54,477 bases of DNA from Myxococcota bacterium (GTDB taxonomy: Bacteria; Myxococcota_A; UBA9160): NCBI GenBank assembly GCA_041912475.1, contig JAYRMX010000006.1, positions 1 to 54,477 on the forward strand, given 5' to 3'. Position 1 is the first letter of the stretch; every line of letters starts with the position of its first letter. The notes under the pieces are model-generated. The model ran no database searches, had not been told where the DNA came from, and saw nothing but the letters and a program-made list of their open reading frames with translations. The position numbers and the translations under genes were made by a program. Of this stretch, positions 1-8,341 are shown piece by piece.

Positions 1-2
1 CG

Positions 3-311
3 CTGGTCGACCGCGACACGACGGGAAAGGCGGCGCAGATCGCGCTCGACCGCGCGGGGATCACGGCGAACAAGAACATGGTTCCCTTCGATCCGCGAAA
101 GCCCGCCGTCACGTCGGGCGTGCGGATCGGGACGCCGGCGGTGACGACGCGCGGCATGCGCGCGCCCGAGATGGAAGCGATCGCCGGGCTGATCGCGCGC
201 GTGCTCGCGCACCCGGGAGACGTCGACGAGCTCGACCGCGTTCGCGCCGAGGTCGAGGCGCTGTGCAGACGCTTCCCGCTCTACACCGCCCGGTGGGACG
301 ACGGGAGCTGA
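3..311 (+). CDS. glyA: Serine hydroxymethyltransferase, 3' part (gene starts before the window)
   Basis: Frame from nt 3 reads LDRAGITANKNMVPFDPRKPAVTSGVRIGTPAVTTRGM, the conserved SHMT C-terminal motif; followed by nrdR as usual. Confidence 0.95.
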   Translation: MVDRDTTGKAAQIALDRAGITANKNMVPFDPRKPAVTSGVRIGTPAVTTRGMRAPEMEAIAGLIARVLAHPGDVDELDRVRAEVEALCRRFPLYTARWDDGS

Positions 312-315
312 CGGC

Positions 316-792
316 GTGCGCTGCCCGTACTGCGCCGACGAGGCCAACCGCGTCATCGACTCGCGGCTCGGCAAGGACGGGCTCGAGATCCGCCGCCGCC
401 GCGAGTGTCTCGAGTGCGGACGCCGCTTCACGACGCGCGAGCGCGTCGAGGAGGTGCTCCCGAAGGTCGTGAAGCGCGACGAGCGGCGCGAGGACTACGA
501 CCGCACGAAGCTGCACGCCGGCATCCAGCGAGCGTGCGAGAAGCGCCCGATCAGCGTGCTCGGGATCGAGCGCCTGCTCGACCGCATCGAGAAGCGACTG
601 CAGGAGTCGGGGGAGCGAGAGGTCTCGAGCCGCTATCTCGGCGAGCGGGTGCTCGAGGAGCTGATCCGCCTCGATTCGATGGCGGCGGCCCGCTTCGCGT
701 CGGTGTTCGACGGCTTCGAGAAGGCGGAGGACTACGCCCGCTTCTTCGCGTCGATCGGCGAGCGCGCGGCGGGCGAAGCCGACGAGACCTAG
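316..792 (+). CDS. nrdR: Transcriptional repressor NrdR
   Basis: MRCPYC...VIDSR...IRRRRECxxCxxRFTTxE zinc ribbon plus ATP-cone (VVKRDERREDYDRTKL); GTG start. Confidence 0.97.
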   Translation: MRCPYCADEANRVIDSRLGKDGLEIRRRRECLECGRRFTTRERVEEVLPKVVKRDERREDYDRTKLHAGIQRACEKRPISVLGIERLLDRIEKRLQESGEREVSSRYLGERVLEELIRLDSMAAARFASVFDGFEKAEDYARFFASIGERAAGEADET

Positions 793-812
793 CCCTGGAC
801 GCCGAAGCGGCC

Positions 813-1916
813 ATGCGACTCGCGCTCCGGGCGGCGCGGCGCGCGTCGGGGCGGACCTTCCCGAACCCTCCCGTGGGGGCGGTCGTCTTCCGGGGCGAGC
901 GCGTGCTCGCGCGCGGCTGGACGCGGCCGGCGGGAGGTCCGCACGCGGAGATCGTCGCGCTGCGAGCGGCGGCGCGGCGCCACGGGCCGCGGGCGCTGCG
1001 CGGCGCGAGCCTCGCCGTGACGCTCGAGCCGTGCGCGCACGTCGGCCGAACGGGGCCGTGCTGCGACGCGGTCGTCGCGGCCGGGATCCGGCGTGTCCTC
1101 GTTGGCCACGCCGACCCGAATCCGAACGTCGCCGGCGGCGGCGCGCGCCGGCTGCGTGCGGCGGGCCTGTCGGTCCGCACGGGGATCCTCGAGGCCGATT
1201 GCCGCGAGCAGCATCGAGGCTTTCTCTCGGTGCTCGCGCGGGGGCGCCCGTACGTCGCGCTCAAGCTCGCGGCGACGCTCGACGGCCGGATCGCGACCCG
1301 CGGCGGCGAGTCGCGCTGGATCACGGGAGAGGGAGCCCGGGCGCTCGTCCACCGGCTTCGCGCGCGCGCCGACGCCGTGATGGTCGGATCGGGGACGGCG
1401 CTCGCCGACGACCCCGAGCTCACGGCGCGCACGGGCGGGCGGATCGTCCACCGGCCCGTCCGCATCGTCGTCGATTCGCGCCTGCGGCTGCCGGCGAGCG
1501 CCCGCTGCCTTCGCGCGGGGCCTCCCGGAACGGCGTTCGTGGTCGGCGCCGCGGGCGCCCCGGAGGCGCGCCGGCGCGCCCCCGCCGCGGCGGGCGCGCG
1601 GGTGCTCACGGCGCCTGCGCGCGCCGGCCACGCAGACCCGCGCGCCGTGGCGCGCCTCCTCGCACGGGAGGGGCTCACCGACGTGCTCCTCGAGGGCGGC
1701 GGGGCGCTGGCGGCGGCGTGGCTGCGCGCCGGGCTGGTCGACGAGCTACACTGGTTCGTGTCGGCTAAGCTGCTCGGAGGCGACGCCCGCCCGGCGCTCG
1801 GCCCGCTCGGGATCGGCCGCCTCGCGACGGCGCCGTCCGTCGAGGGCTTCGAGGTACGGCGGATCGGGGGTGACGTGTACGTTCGCGGGCGGCTGCGGGG
1901 GAGGGGCGGGCGGTGA
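813..1916 (+). CDS. ribD: Bifunctional riboflavin deaminase/reductase RibD
   Basis: PNPPVGAV, HAE, TLEPC...PCC deaminase motifs; KLAATLDGRIAT, SRWIT, LLEGG reductase motifs. ATG at 813; an in-frame CTG at 795 (LDAEAAM) is an alternative start. Confidence 0.93.
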   Translation: MRLALRAARRASGRTFPNPPVGAVVFRGERVLARGWTRPAGGPHAEIVALRAAARRHGPRALRGASLAVTLEPCAHVGRTGPCCDAVVAAGIRRVLVGHADPNPNVAGGGARRLRAAGLSVRTGILEADCREQHRGFLSVLARGRPYVALKLAATLDGRIATRGGESRWITGEGARALVHRLRARADAVMVGSGTALADDPELTARTGGRIVHRPVRIVVDSRLRLPASARCLRAGPPGTAFVVGAAGAPEARRRAPAAAGARVLTAPARAGHADPRAVARLLAREGLTDVLLEGGGALAAAWLRAGLVDELHWFVSAKLLGGDARPALGPLGIGRLATAPSVEGFEVRRIGGDVYVRGRLRGRGGR

Positions 1917-2398
1917 AGACCTACGCGGCGGGGCGGTCGGCAGCGGGCCTTCGGTTCGGCGTCGTCGTCTCCCGGTTCAATCACCCGGTGTCCTCGGCCC
2001 TGCTCGACGGGTGCGTTCGCGAGCTCGAGACGCGGGGCGCGTCCGCGGACCAGATCCACGTCGTTTGGGTGCCGGGCGCGTTCGAGATTCCCTTCGCGGC
2101 CCGCGCGCTCGCGGCGAGCGGGCGCTACGATGCGATCGTGACGCTCGGCGCGGTGATCCGCGGCGGGACGCCGCACTTCGAATACGTCTGCCGCGCGGCC
2201 ACCGACGGTGTTCGCGAGGCGGCGCGCGACACGGGAGTCCCGGTGCTGTTCGGCGTCCTCACGACGGACGACATGGAGCAGGCGCTCGCACGCGCAGGCG
2301 GCTCCGAGGGAAACAAGGGGCAGGAAGCCGCGCTCGCGGCGGTCGAGATGGCGCGCCTTCGCGCCTCGCTGCGCCTCGCGCCCGCGGGTGACGCATGA
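1913..2398 (+). CDS. ribH: 6,7-dimethyl-8-ribityllumazine synthase
   Basis: VVSRFN, VPGAFEIP, LGAVIRGGTPHFEYV, FGVLTTD, GNKG motifs. Confidence 0.97.
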   Translation: MKTYAAGRSAAGLRFGVVVSRFNHPVSSALLDGCVRELETRGASADQIHVVWVPGAFEIPFAARALAASGRYDAIVTLGAVIRGGTPHFEYVCRAATDGVREAARDTGVPVLFGVLTTDDMEQALARAGGSEGNKGQEAALAAVEMARLRASLRLAPAGDA

Positions 2399-2844
2399 GC
2401 CGCACGCCGCGCGCCTCGCGGCACCGCTCGCGCGAGGCCGCGCTGCAGGTGCTCTACGCGCTCGACCTCGCGCACCGCGACGGATCCGATCCTGCGCGCG
2501 CCGCGGCCGAGGCGTTCGAGAGCGCGTCGGAGAACTTCGAGCTGCCGGAGGGCGCGCGGGCTTTCGCGAAGGAGCTGATCGCCGGCGTGACCGAGCACAG
2601 GTCCGAGCTCGACCGCGTGCTCGCGGCGCACGCGCGAAACTGGCGGCTCTCGCGCATGGCGACGGTCGACCGCAACGTCCTGCGGCTCGCGGTCTTCGAG
2701 CTGCTCCACAGCGTGACGCCCGCTCCGGTGGTGATCGACGAGGCCGTCGAGCTCGCCCGGCGCTTCGGCGCAGAGCGCTCGCCTGCGTTCGTGAACGGGA
2801 TCCTCGACGCGGTGGCGCACGCCGTTCGGCCGGAGGGCGCGTGA
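2395..2844 (+). CDS. nusB: Transcription antitermination factor NusB
   Basis: RxxSREAALQVLY, NWRLSRMATVDRNVLRLA, VIDEAVELARRFG, FVNGILD; follows ribH. Confidence 0.96.
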   Translation: MSRTPRASRHRSREAALQVLYALDLAHRDGSDPARAAAEAFESASENFELPEGARAFAKELIAGVTEHRSELDRVLAAHARNWRLSRMATVDRNVLRLAVFELLHSVTPAPVVIDEAVELARRFGAERSPAFVNGILDAVAHAVRPEGA

Positions 2845-3491
2845 CGGCGTCGCTCTCGGTCGTGATCGACGCCGGCCAGCTCGAGCGCGCGGCGGCCGAC
2901 CTCGCGGTGGCCACGTTCTTCGAGACCGACCGGCCGCTGCGCGGCGAGGCCGGGCGTGCCGACTGGCGGCTGTGCGGTCTGCTCTCTCGCCTCGTCGCGA
3001 GCTCGCACCTCCGGGGCCGCGCCGGCGAGGCGGCGCTCGTCTACACCGGACGCCGGCTGCGCGCGCCGCGGCTGGTGCTGCTCGGCCTCGGAGCGAGCGC
3101 GGGCTTCGGTGCGCTCGAGGCGAAAGCGGCGACGCGCGATGCCGTTCATCGAGCGCTCCGCCTGCGCGCGCAGACTCTCGCGCTGCCGCTGCCCGGGCAC
3201 TGGACGGGCGCGCTCGCGATCACGCCCACGGCCGCCGCCGTTCTGCGCGGCGCGGCGACCGCCCTCGCCGAGGCGGGCGCGTCGCTGCGCGTTCAGCTCG
3301 TCGTTCCTCCGGGAACGGCCAGCAAGGCCCTCGCCGGGCTCGACGCGATGGCCGCCCAGCTCGAGGACGGCCCGGTCCGCATCCGCATCTCGGCCGAGGA
3401 CCCGACCGCGACCTTCGCGCCGCGCGACTTCGCGCCGCGCGAGAGCGCGCCGGCCGCGGGCGGCGCGCTTCGGCCTCCCGCGGCGCGCTGA
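2841..3491 (+). CDS. Stand-alone peptidase M17 (leucyl aminopeptidase) N-terminal-like domain protein
   Basis: FFETDRPLRGEAGRADWRLCGLLSRL and RLVLLGLG resemble the M17 N-terminal domain; no catalytic C-domain; GTG start overlaps the nusB stop. Confidence 0.7.
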   Translation: MTASLSVVIDAGQLERAAADLAVATFFETDRPLRGEAGRADWRLCGLLSRLVASSHLRGRAGEAALVYTGRRLRAPRLVLLGLGASAGFGALEAKAATRDAVHRALRLRAQTLALPLPGHWTGALAITPTAAAVLRGAATALAEAGASLRVQLVVPPGTASKALAGLDAMAAQLEDGPVRIRISAEDPTATFAPRDFAPRESAPAAGGALRPPAAR

Positions 3492-3546
3492 CGGCGGCGG
3501 GCCGGCCTCGCCGCGCGCGCGCCGCCTCGGGCGGCGCGGCGGCCTC

Positions 3547-3574
3547 TCAAGCCGACCTCGAAGGGCGCCGATCA
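3547..3574 (+). promoter_or_regulatory. Candidate sigma-28 (FliA/SigD/WhiG-type) promoter
   Basis: TCAAG-N15-GCCGATCA about 95 nt upstream of the 3669 ATG. Confidence 0.5.
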
Positions 3575-3668
3575 GCCCGCGGGGCTCGCCCGTCCCGGCA
3601 CCCGGCTGGCGCGAGCGGCACGAGGGGCGCAAGGTGATGCCGGCGCAAGGCTGGCAGAGAGGTCGCGC

Positions 3669-4694
3669 ATGATCGCCGCATGTCCGCGCTGCAGCACCCG
3701 CTTCCGGATCGGCCCGGAGCGGCTCCGCGACGAGGGCGTGCGGCTTCGTTGCAGCGGCTGCCAGGCGGTCTTCCGCGTCTATCCGCCGCGCGCGCAGGCG
3801 CCGCGCCGCCGCGACGATCCCGCCGTCGAGGCCGAGCTCACGCCTCCGCCGCGCCCGCCCGACCTCGAGCGTCTCGTGCTCATCGCCGATCCGGACCCGG
3901 CCCGCGGCAAGGCGAGCGCGGCCGCGATCGGCCGGCTCGGGCTGCATCCGCTGCTGGTCTCCGACGGCGTCGACGCGCTGCTCTCGCTGCAGCGCTCGCT
4001 GCCGTCGCGGATCGTGATCGACGCGTCGCTCGCGCGCCTCGGCGGCGCGGAGCTGTGCGAGGTCGTGAAGCGCAACGAGAGCCTGCGCGCGACGCGAGTC
4101 GTCGTCGCCGGGAGCACCGAAGCGCTCGCCGCGTTGACGGTGCTCCGGGCGGCGGGTCTCGGACCCGACGCGATGGTGGAGTACGGCGACCTGCCCGATG
4201 CGCTGCCCGGCGCGCTCGGCCTCGCGCGCGGCGACGAGTCCTTCTCCGCTCCCGCGAGCGCTCCGGAGCGGCGGCCGGAGGCGGAGCCCGCGGCATTGCC
4301 GAGTCCGCTCACGCCGCCGCGACCCGCGCCGTGGTCGCCCGAGGCCGCCGAAGCCGAGCCGGAGCCGCCGGCCGCCGCTCCGCTCCGCCCGCCGGCCGCA
4401 GCAGCGCCGCCCGCCGCCGCTTCTTCGCGATCTACGCAGGCCGGTGTCAGCTCCGACCCGGAGATCGCTCGCGCCGAGCGCCTCGCGCGGATCGTCGTTT
4501 CGGACATCGTGCTCTACAACGCAGAGCGCTTCGAGCGCGGTCTTCGCAACGGCGACGTCCTCGAGGCGCTCGCGGGCGAAGTGGCCGAGGCGCGAAAGCT
4601 GCTTCGCGAGCGCGTTCCGGCTCCCCTGTGCGCAGAGCGCGACTTCGTCGCGGAGGAGCTGCTGCGGGTGGCGAAGACGCGCGCCGCGCGCTGA
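3669..4694 (+). CDS. Zinc-ribbon (MJ0042-type) + pseudo-receiver + Pro/Ala linker + helical C-domain protein
   Basis: CPRC...CSGC N-terminus; REC-like LVLIADPD...IVIDASL...GAELC lacking the conserved Lys; C-terminal AERLARIVVSDIVLYN motif. Confidence 0.75.
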   Translation: MIAACPRCSTRFRIGPERLRDEGVRLRCSGCQAVFRVYPPRAQAPRRRDDPAVEAELTPPPRPPDLERLVLIADPDPARGKASAAAIGRLGLHPLLVSDGVDALLSLQRSLPSRIVIDASLARLGGAELCEVVKRNESLRATRVVVAGSTEALAALTVLRAAGLGPDAMVEYGDLPDALPGALGLARGDESFSAPASAPERRPEAEPAALPSPLTPPRPAPWSPEAAEAEPEPPAAAPLRPPAAAAPPAAASSRSTQAGVSSDPEIARAERLARIVVSDIVLYNAERFERGLRNGDVLEALAGEVAEARKLLRERVPAPLCAERDFVAEELLRVAKTRAAR

Positions 4695-4750
4695 CCCCGC
4701 GCGGCGGAGGCGGTGCGCGAAGGGGCTCGCCCCGGGCGGCGCACGGTGCG

Positions 4751-4779
4751 CTGACGCCGCGGCGCCCGTGTGGTATCCC
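4751..4779 (+). promoter_or_regulatory. Candidate sigma-70 promoter for lptE-holA
   Basis: CTGACG-N17-TATCCC with extended TG; the last -10 base is non-consensus. Confidence 0.3.
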
Positions 4780-4787
4780 TGCGCGCC

Positions 4788-5324
4788 GTGGAGGGATCCC
4801 GCCGGAGCGCCGCACTCGCCGTCCTGCTCTCGGTGGCGCTCGGCGCTCTCGCGGGCTGCGGGTACCACCTCGTGAGCTATCGCGGCGCCCTCGGCGACGT
4901 CCGCCGGGTGTCGATCCAGACCCTGCGCAACGACTCGCTCGCCGCGGGCTACGGGGCGACGGTGACCGAGGCGCTGCTCGAGGAGTTCCAGCGCCGCGGC
5001 GCGCTGCAGGTGGTCGAGGACCCGGCGCTCGCAGACCTCACGATCGGCGGGCGCGTGCTCCCGATCCAGTCCGGCGCGCGCAGCTTCTCGTCGACGGTGC
5101 TCGCGCTCGAGTATCAGGTGACCGTCCAGATCCAGCTCGACGTGCGGCGCCGGGACGGAACGCAGGTGCCGATCGATCCGGGAGCGATGACCGAGTCCGA
5201 GATCTACGTCGCCAGCGCCGACGCCGAGGCGCAGCTCACGAACCGCAACGAAGCGCTCCGGCGCGTCGCGAGCGTGATCGCGGGCCGCGTGCACGACGCG
5301 CTCTTCGAACGGCTCATGCCGTGA
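4788..5324 (+). CDS. lptE: LPS-assembly lipoprotein LptE
   Basis: Lipobox LAGC followed by GYH, alpha/beta body, located just before holA. GTG 4788 preferred over 4770 because 4770 lies in the putative -10. Confidence 0.85.
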   Translation: MEGSRRSAALAVLLSVALGALAGCGYHLVSYRGALGDVRRVSIQTLRNDSLAAGYGATVTEALLEEFQRRGALQVVEDPALADLTIGGRVLPIQSGARSFSSTVLALEYQVTVQIQLDVRRRDGTQVPIDPGAMTESEIYVASADAEAQLTNRNEALRRVASVIAGRVHDALFERLMP

Positions 5325-6292
5325 CGCCCGAGACTCTCGACGCCGAGCTCGCGAAGGGCCGGGTGCGCCGCGCGTATCTGCTCGCGGGCGCGCAGGCGCT
5401 GCTCCGCGACGATGCCCTCGCCGCGCTCACGCGCGCCGCCCTCGGAGGCGCTCCGCCGGACTTCAACCTCGACCGTCTCGACGGCGCGAGCTGCACGCCG
5501 GCAGCGCTGCGCGACGCGGTCCGCATGCTGCCCGTCCTCGGCGAGCGCCGCCTCGTCGTGCTGCGCGAGCCGGAGGCCGGCCGGGGCGCGGCGAAGGCGC
5601 TCGCCGACGCGCTCGCGGAGGTCGTCGGCGAGGTTCCCGAGACCGCCGTGCGCGTCGTGACGGCCTCGAAGGTCGACCGGCGTGCGCGCTGGGTGAAGGC
5701 CTTCGCCGAGCCCGCCGCGCTCGTCGAGTGCGAGGCGCCGTCCGGCGCCGCCGCGCTCGCCGCGTTCGTCGGTGCGGAGGCGCGGCGCAGGGGGCTCGCG
5801 CTCGACTCCGGGGTCGCGGAGCTGCTCGCCGAGCGCATCGGACCCGAGCTCCTCGTGCTGCGACACGAGCTCGAGAAGGCGGCGCTGCTCGCACTGCCGT
5901 CGACTCGCATCACGCGCGCGCACGTCGAGCAGACCGTGAGCGCGATCGCCGAGGATTCGATCTGGGACCTCACCGACGCGATCGGAGAAGGGCGGGCGCG
6001 CGACGCGCTGCCGCTGCTCGCGCGCATGCTTCGCGGCGGCGCTCCGGCGCCGATGCTGCTCGGAACGCTCGCGTCGCACTTCCGCAAGCTGCTGCGGATC
6101 CGAACCGGCGGGAGGGTCGCCGCTCCGCCGTTCGTGCAGCGCAAGCTCGAACGGCAGTCGCAGCGCTATGCGACGGCGCGGCTGGTTGCCGCGCTGCGCG
6201 CGATCCACGACGCCGACCTCGTCCTCAAAGGTCAGGGCGGCGCGGATCCGCACATCGCGATCGAGCGGCTCGTGCTGGCGCTCGCGGCCTGA
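5321..6292 (+). CDS. holA: DNA polymerase III delta subunit
   Basis: AYLLAG, DFNLDRLDG, LPVLGERRLVVL, ELEK, IWDLTDAI motifs; lptE-holA synteny; GTGA overlap. Confidence 0.92.
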   Translation: MTPETLDAELAKGRVRRAYLLAGAQALLRDDALAALTRAALGGAPPDFNLDRLDGASCTPAALRDAVRMLPVLGERRLVVLREPEAGRGAAKALADALAEVVGEVPETAVRVVTASKVDRRARWVKAFAEPAALVECEAPSGAAALAAFVGAEARRRGLALDSGVAELLAERIGPELLVLRHELEKAALLALPSTRITRAHVEQTVSAIAEDSIWDLTDAIGEGRARDALPLLARMLRGGAPAPMLLGTLASHFRKLLRIRTGGRVAAPPFVQRKLERQSQRYATARLVAALRAIHDADLVLKGQGGADPHIAIERLVLALAA

Positions 6293-6373
6293 CGCAGCCG
6301 GCGGGAGATCCGGGCCGCTCGCGAACGCCGCGCCCGCGACGCGCGGGAACGCGCGTCGTCCGAGCTCGGCCGG

Positions 6374-6382
6374 TGATATCCT
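6374..6382 (+). promoter_or_regulatory. Extended -10 element upstream of the GH5 gene
   Basis: TGATATCCT; the same 9-mer precedes uvrA, and TATCCT is the -10 of rpsT. Confidence 0.45.
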
Positions 6383-6451
6383 CGTGCGCCGGGACGCCCG
6401 GCGAGCCGGCCTCGCAACGCCGGTCCGGCCGCCCGAGGGAGACGCGGGACG

Positions 6452-7888
6452 ATGCGGGAGCGGCTCCGGGCCCTCACCTGCTGCGCACTGATGCCGGCCG
6501 CCGTCGCGTGCTGGGCCCCGCCGGACGATCCGCGGTTCATCACGGACTCGCAGGGTCGTGCGCTCATCCTCCACGGCCTCAACGTCTCGAACTCCGCGAA
6601 GTACGATCCCGGCCGCGTGCCGTGGGTCGCGCAGGCCGATGTCGAGCGCATGTCGCGCGACTGGGGCTTCAACTTCGCCCGCTACCTGATCTCGTGGGAC
6701 GGCCTCGAGCCCACGCAGGGCGTGATCGACGAAGCCTATCTGGGTCGCATCGCGACGCGCCTCGACTGGTTCGCGGCCGCCGGCATCTTCGTCGTGATCG
6801 ACATGCACCAGGACCTGTACGGCGCGGTCGACAGCGACGGGCGCTGGATCGGCGGCAACGGCCATCCCGCGTGGTCCTTCCATACGGCAGGGCTTCGCTT
6901 CCGCTGGAATCCGCTCGGCTGGGCGCTCGGCTACCTCGAGCCCGCCGTGACGCACGCGTTCGACGAGTTCTGGGATCACGACGGTCACCCCGAGCTCCAG
7001 GATCACTACTGCGGCGCGTGGAGCGCCGTTGCCGCGCGCTTCCGAGACCATCCGGCCGTCCTCGGCTACGACCTCATGAACGAGCCCTATGCCGGGAGCC
7101 TCCTCGGGGGCGCGGTGGTCGGTGATCTCGAGCGTTTCGATGCGGGGCCGTACAAGGCCTTCCTCGAGCGCTGCATCGCGGCGATCCGGGCCGTCGACGC
7201 CGAGCGCTGGATCTTCTTCGAGCCGCGCGCGTGGGGCCCGGCGCCCGGCTATCCGTCGAAGATCGGTCGCATCGACGATCCGCGCGATGGCGACGATCGC
7301 CTCGCGTACTTCCCGCACTACTACTCGGTCTGGACCCAGGCGACCTCGAGCTACGACCCCGCCACCGATCCGAGCCTCGGTCTGTGGGCCGAGAACCGAA
7401 AGCGCGAGATCGACGAGCAGCGCGCGCCGCTGCTGCTCGGCGAGTGGGGCGGGCCGACGAGCGTGCAGAACTGGCAGCGCTACTTCAGCGACGTCGCGCG
7501 CATGGCGGATCGCATGACGAGCGGATGGGCGTTCTACGAGTACGGCCGCGGTAGCTGGGGGCCGATCGACGAGAATGGAGACGAGAAGGATCCTGCGAAC
7601 CTGCTGGTGCGCGCCTACCCGCAGCGCATCGCGGGGCGCCCGCGGCTCGTCGACTACGACCCCGAGACGCGCGTGCTGCGCCTCGCATTCGACGAGAAGC
7701 CGGGAGTCGTCGGCCCGACCGAGATCTACGTGCCGGCACGCCGCCACTTCCCGGCCGGCTTCGACGTCTGGGTGAGCGATCCGGACGGGACGTGGTTCTC
7801 CCACTGGGACGCCACGCGCGAGGTGCTCTCGCTCTGGACCGACTGGGCGAGTCCTCATCACGAGGTCGCGATCACGCCGCGTGGCTAG
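6452..7888 (+). CDS. Secreted GH5 endoglycoceramidase-like glycoside hydrolase (possible lipoprotein)
   Basis: FITDSQGRALILHGLN, IDMHQDLY, catalytic LMNEP and GEWG, LVRAYPQRIAG plus C-terminal beta-sandwich typical of EGCase-type GH5; possible lipobox AVAC. Confidence 0.85.
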   Translation: MRERLRALTCCALMPAAVACWAPPDDPRFITDSQGRALILHGLNVSNSAKYDPGRVPWVAQADVERMSRDWGFNFARYLISWDGLEPTQGVIDEAYLGRIATRLDWFAAAGIFVVIDMHQDLYGAVDSDGRWIGGNGHPAWSFHTAGLRFRWNPLGWALGYLEPAVTHAFDEFWDHDGHPELQDHYCGAWSAVAARFRDHPAVLGYDLMNEPYAGSLLGGAVVGDLERFDAGPYKAFLERCIAAIRAVDAERWIFFEPRAWGPAPGYPSKIGRIDDPRDGDDRLAYFPHYYSVWTQATSSYDPATDPSLGLWAENRKREIDEQRAPLLLGEWGGPTSVQNWQRYFSDVARMADRMTSGWAFYEYGRGSWGPIDENGDEKDPANLLVRAYPQRIAGRPRLVDYDPETRVLRLAFDEKPGVVGPTEIYVPARRHFPAGFDVWVSDPDGTWFSHWDATREVLSLWTDWASPHHEVAITPRG

Positions 7889-7902
7889 GGCGCGCGGCGT
7901 CT

Positions 7903-8175
7903 CTACTTCGTGCCGCTGGTCGCGTGGAGCCGCTTCGCCATGCGCGATACGCGGCGGCTGGCGCGCCGCTTCGGGATGAGACCCGTGGCCGCGGCCCGGC
8001 GCAGCGCACCCTCGACTTCGCGGAGCTGCGCGCGCCCCTCGTCGAGCTTGCCGCCCTCGACGGCCTCCCGGAAGCCCTTCTCGAGCGTGCGGATTCGGCT
8101 CCTCGCCTGACGGTTGCGCTCACGGCGGCGCTCGTTCTGGCGGGCGCGCTTCTCCGCGGACTTGTGGTTGGCCAC
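7903..8175 (-). CDS. rpsT: 30S ribosomal protein S20
   Basis: MANHKSAEKRARQNERRRERN...ASRRVSRM; GTG start with GGAGGA Shine-Dalgarno. Confidence 0.97.
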   Translation of the reverse strand: MANHKSAEKRARQNERRRERNRQARSRIRTLEKGFREAVEGGKLDEGRAQLREVEGALRRAAATGLIPKRRASRRVSRMAKRLHATSGTK

Positions 8176-8205
8176 CGGGAATCTCCTCCGGAACTGGGAC
8201 GGCCG

Positions 8206-8234
8206 AGGATAGGCGCGGCAGCGCGCGCTGTAAA
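8206..8234 (-). promoter_or_regulatory. Sigma-70 promoter of rpsT
   Basis: Minus strand TTTACA-N17-TATCCT, 30 nt upstream of the start codon. Confidence 0.7.
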
Positions 8235-8284
8235 CGCGCCGCCGCGGCGGCCGGCCGCCGCGGCCCCCGCGACCCGGCAGGGCG

Positions 8285-8312
8285 TACAGCCCGGCCGGCG
8301 CGGCGCCGATAC
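8285..8312 (+). promoter_or_regulatory. Candidate sigma-28 promoter of the TPR-DUF4388 operon
   Basis: TACAG-N15-GCCGATAC, 29 nt upstream of ATG 8342; same spacing as the site at 3547. Confidence 0.45.
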
Positions 8313-8341
8313 GGGCTGCGGACACGTGTCTGGAGGGACGG

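Noticed and set aside
3519-3537. GC hairpin after the M17-N gene (GCGCCGCC-TCG-GGCGGCGC) as a terminator
   Set aside because: No U tract, and such hairpins arise by chance at this GC content.
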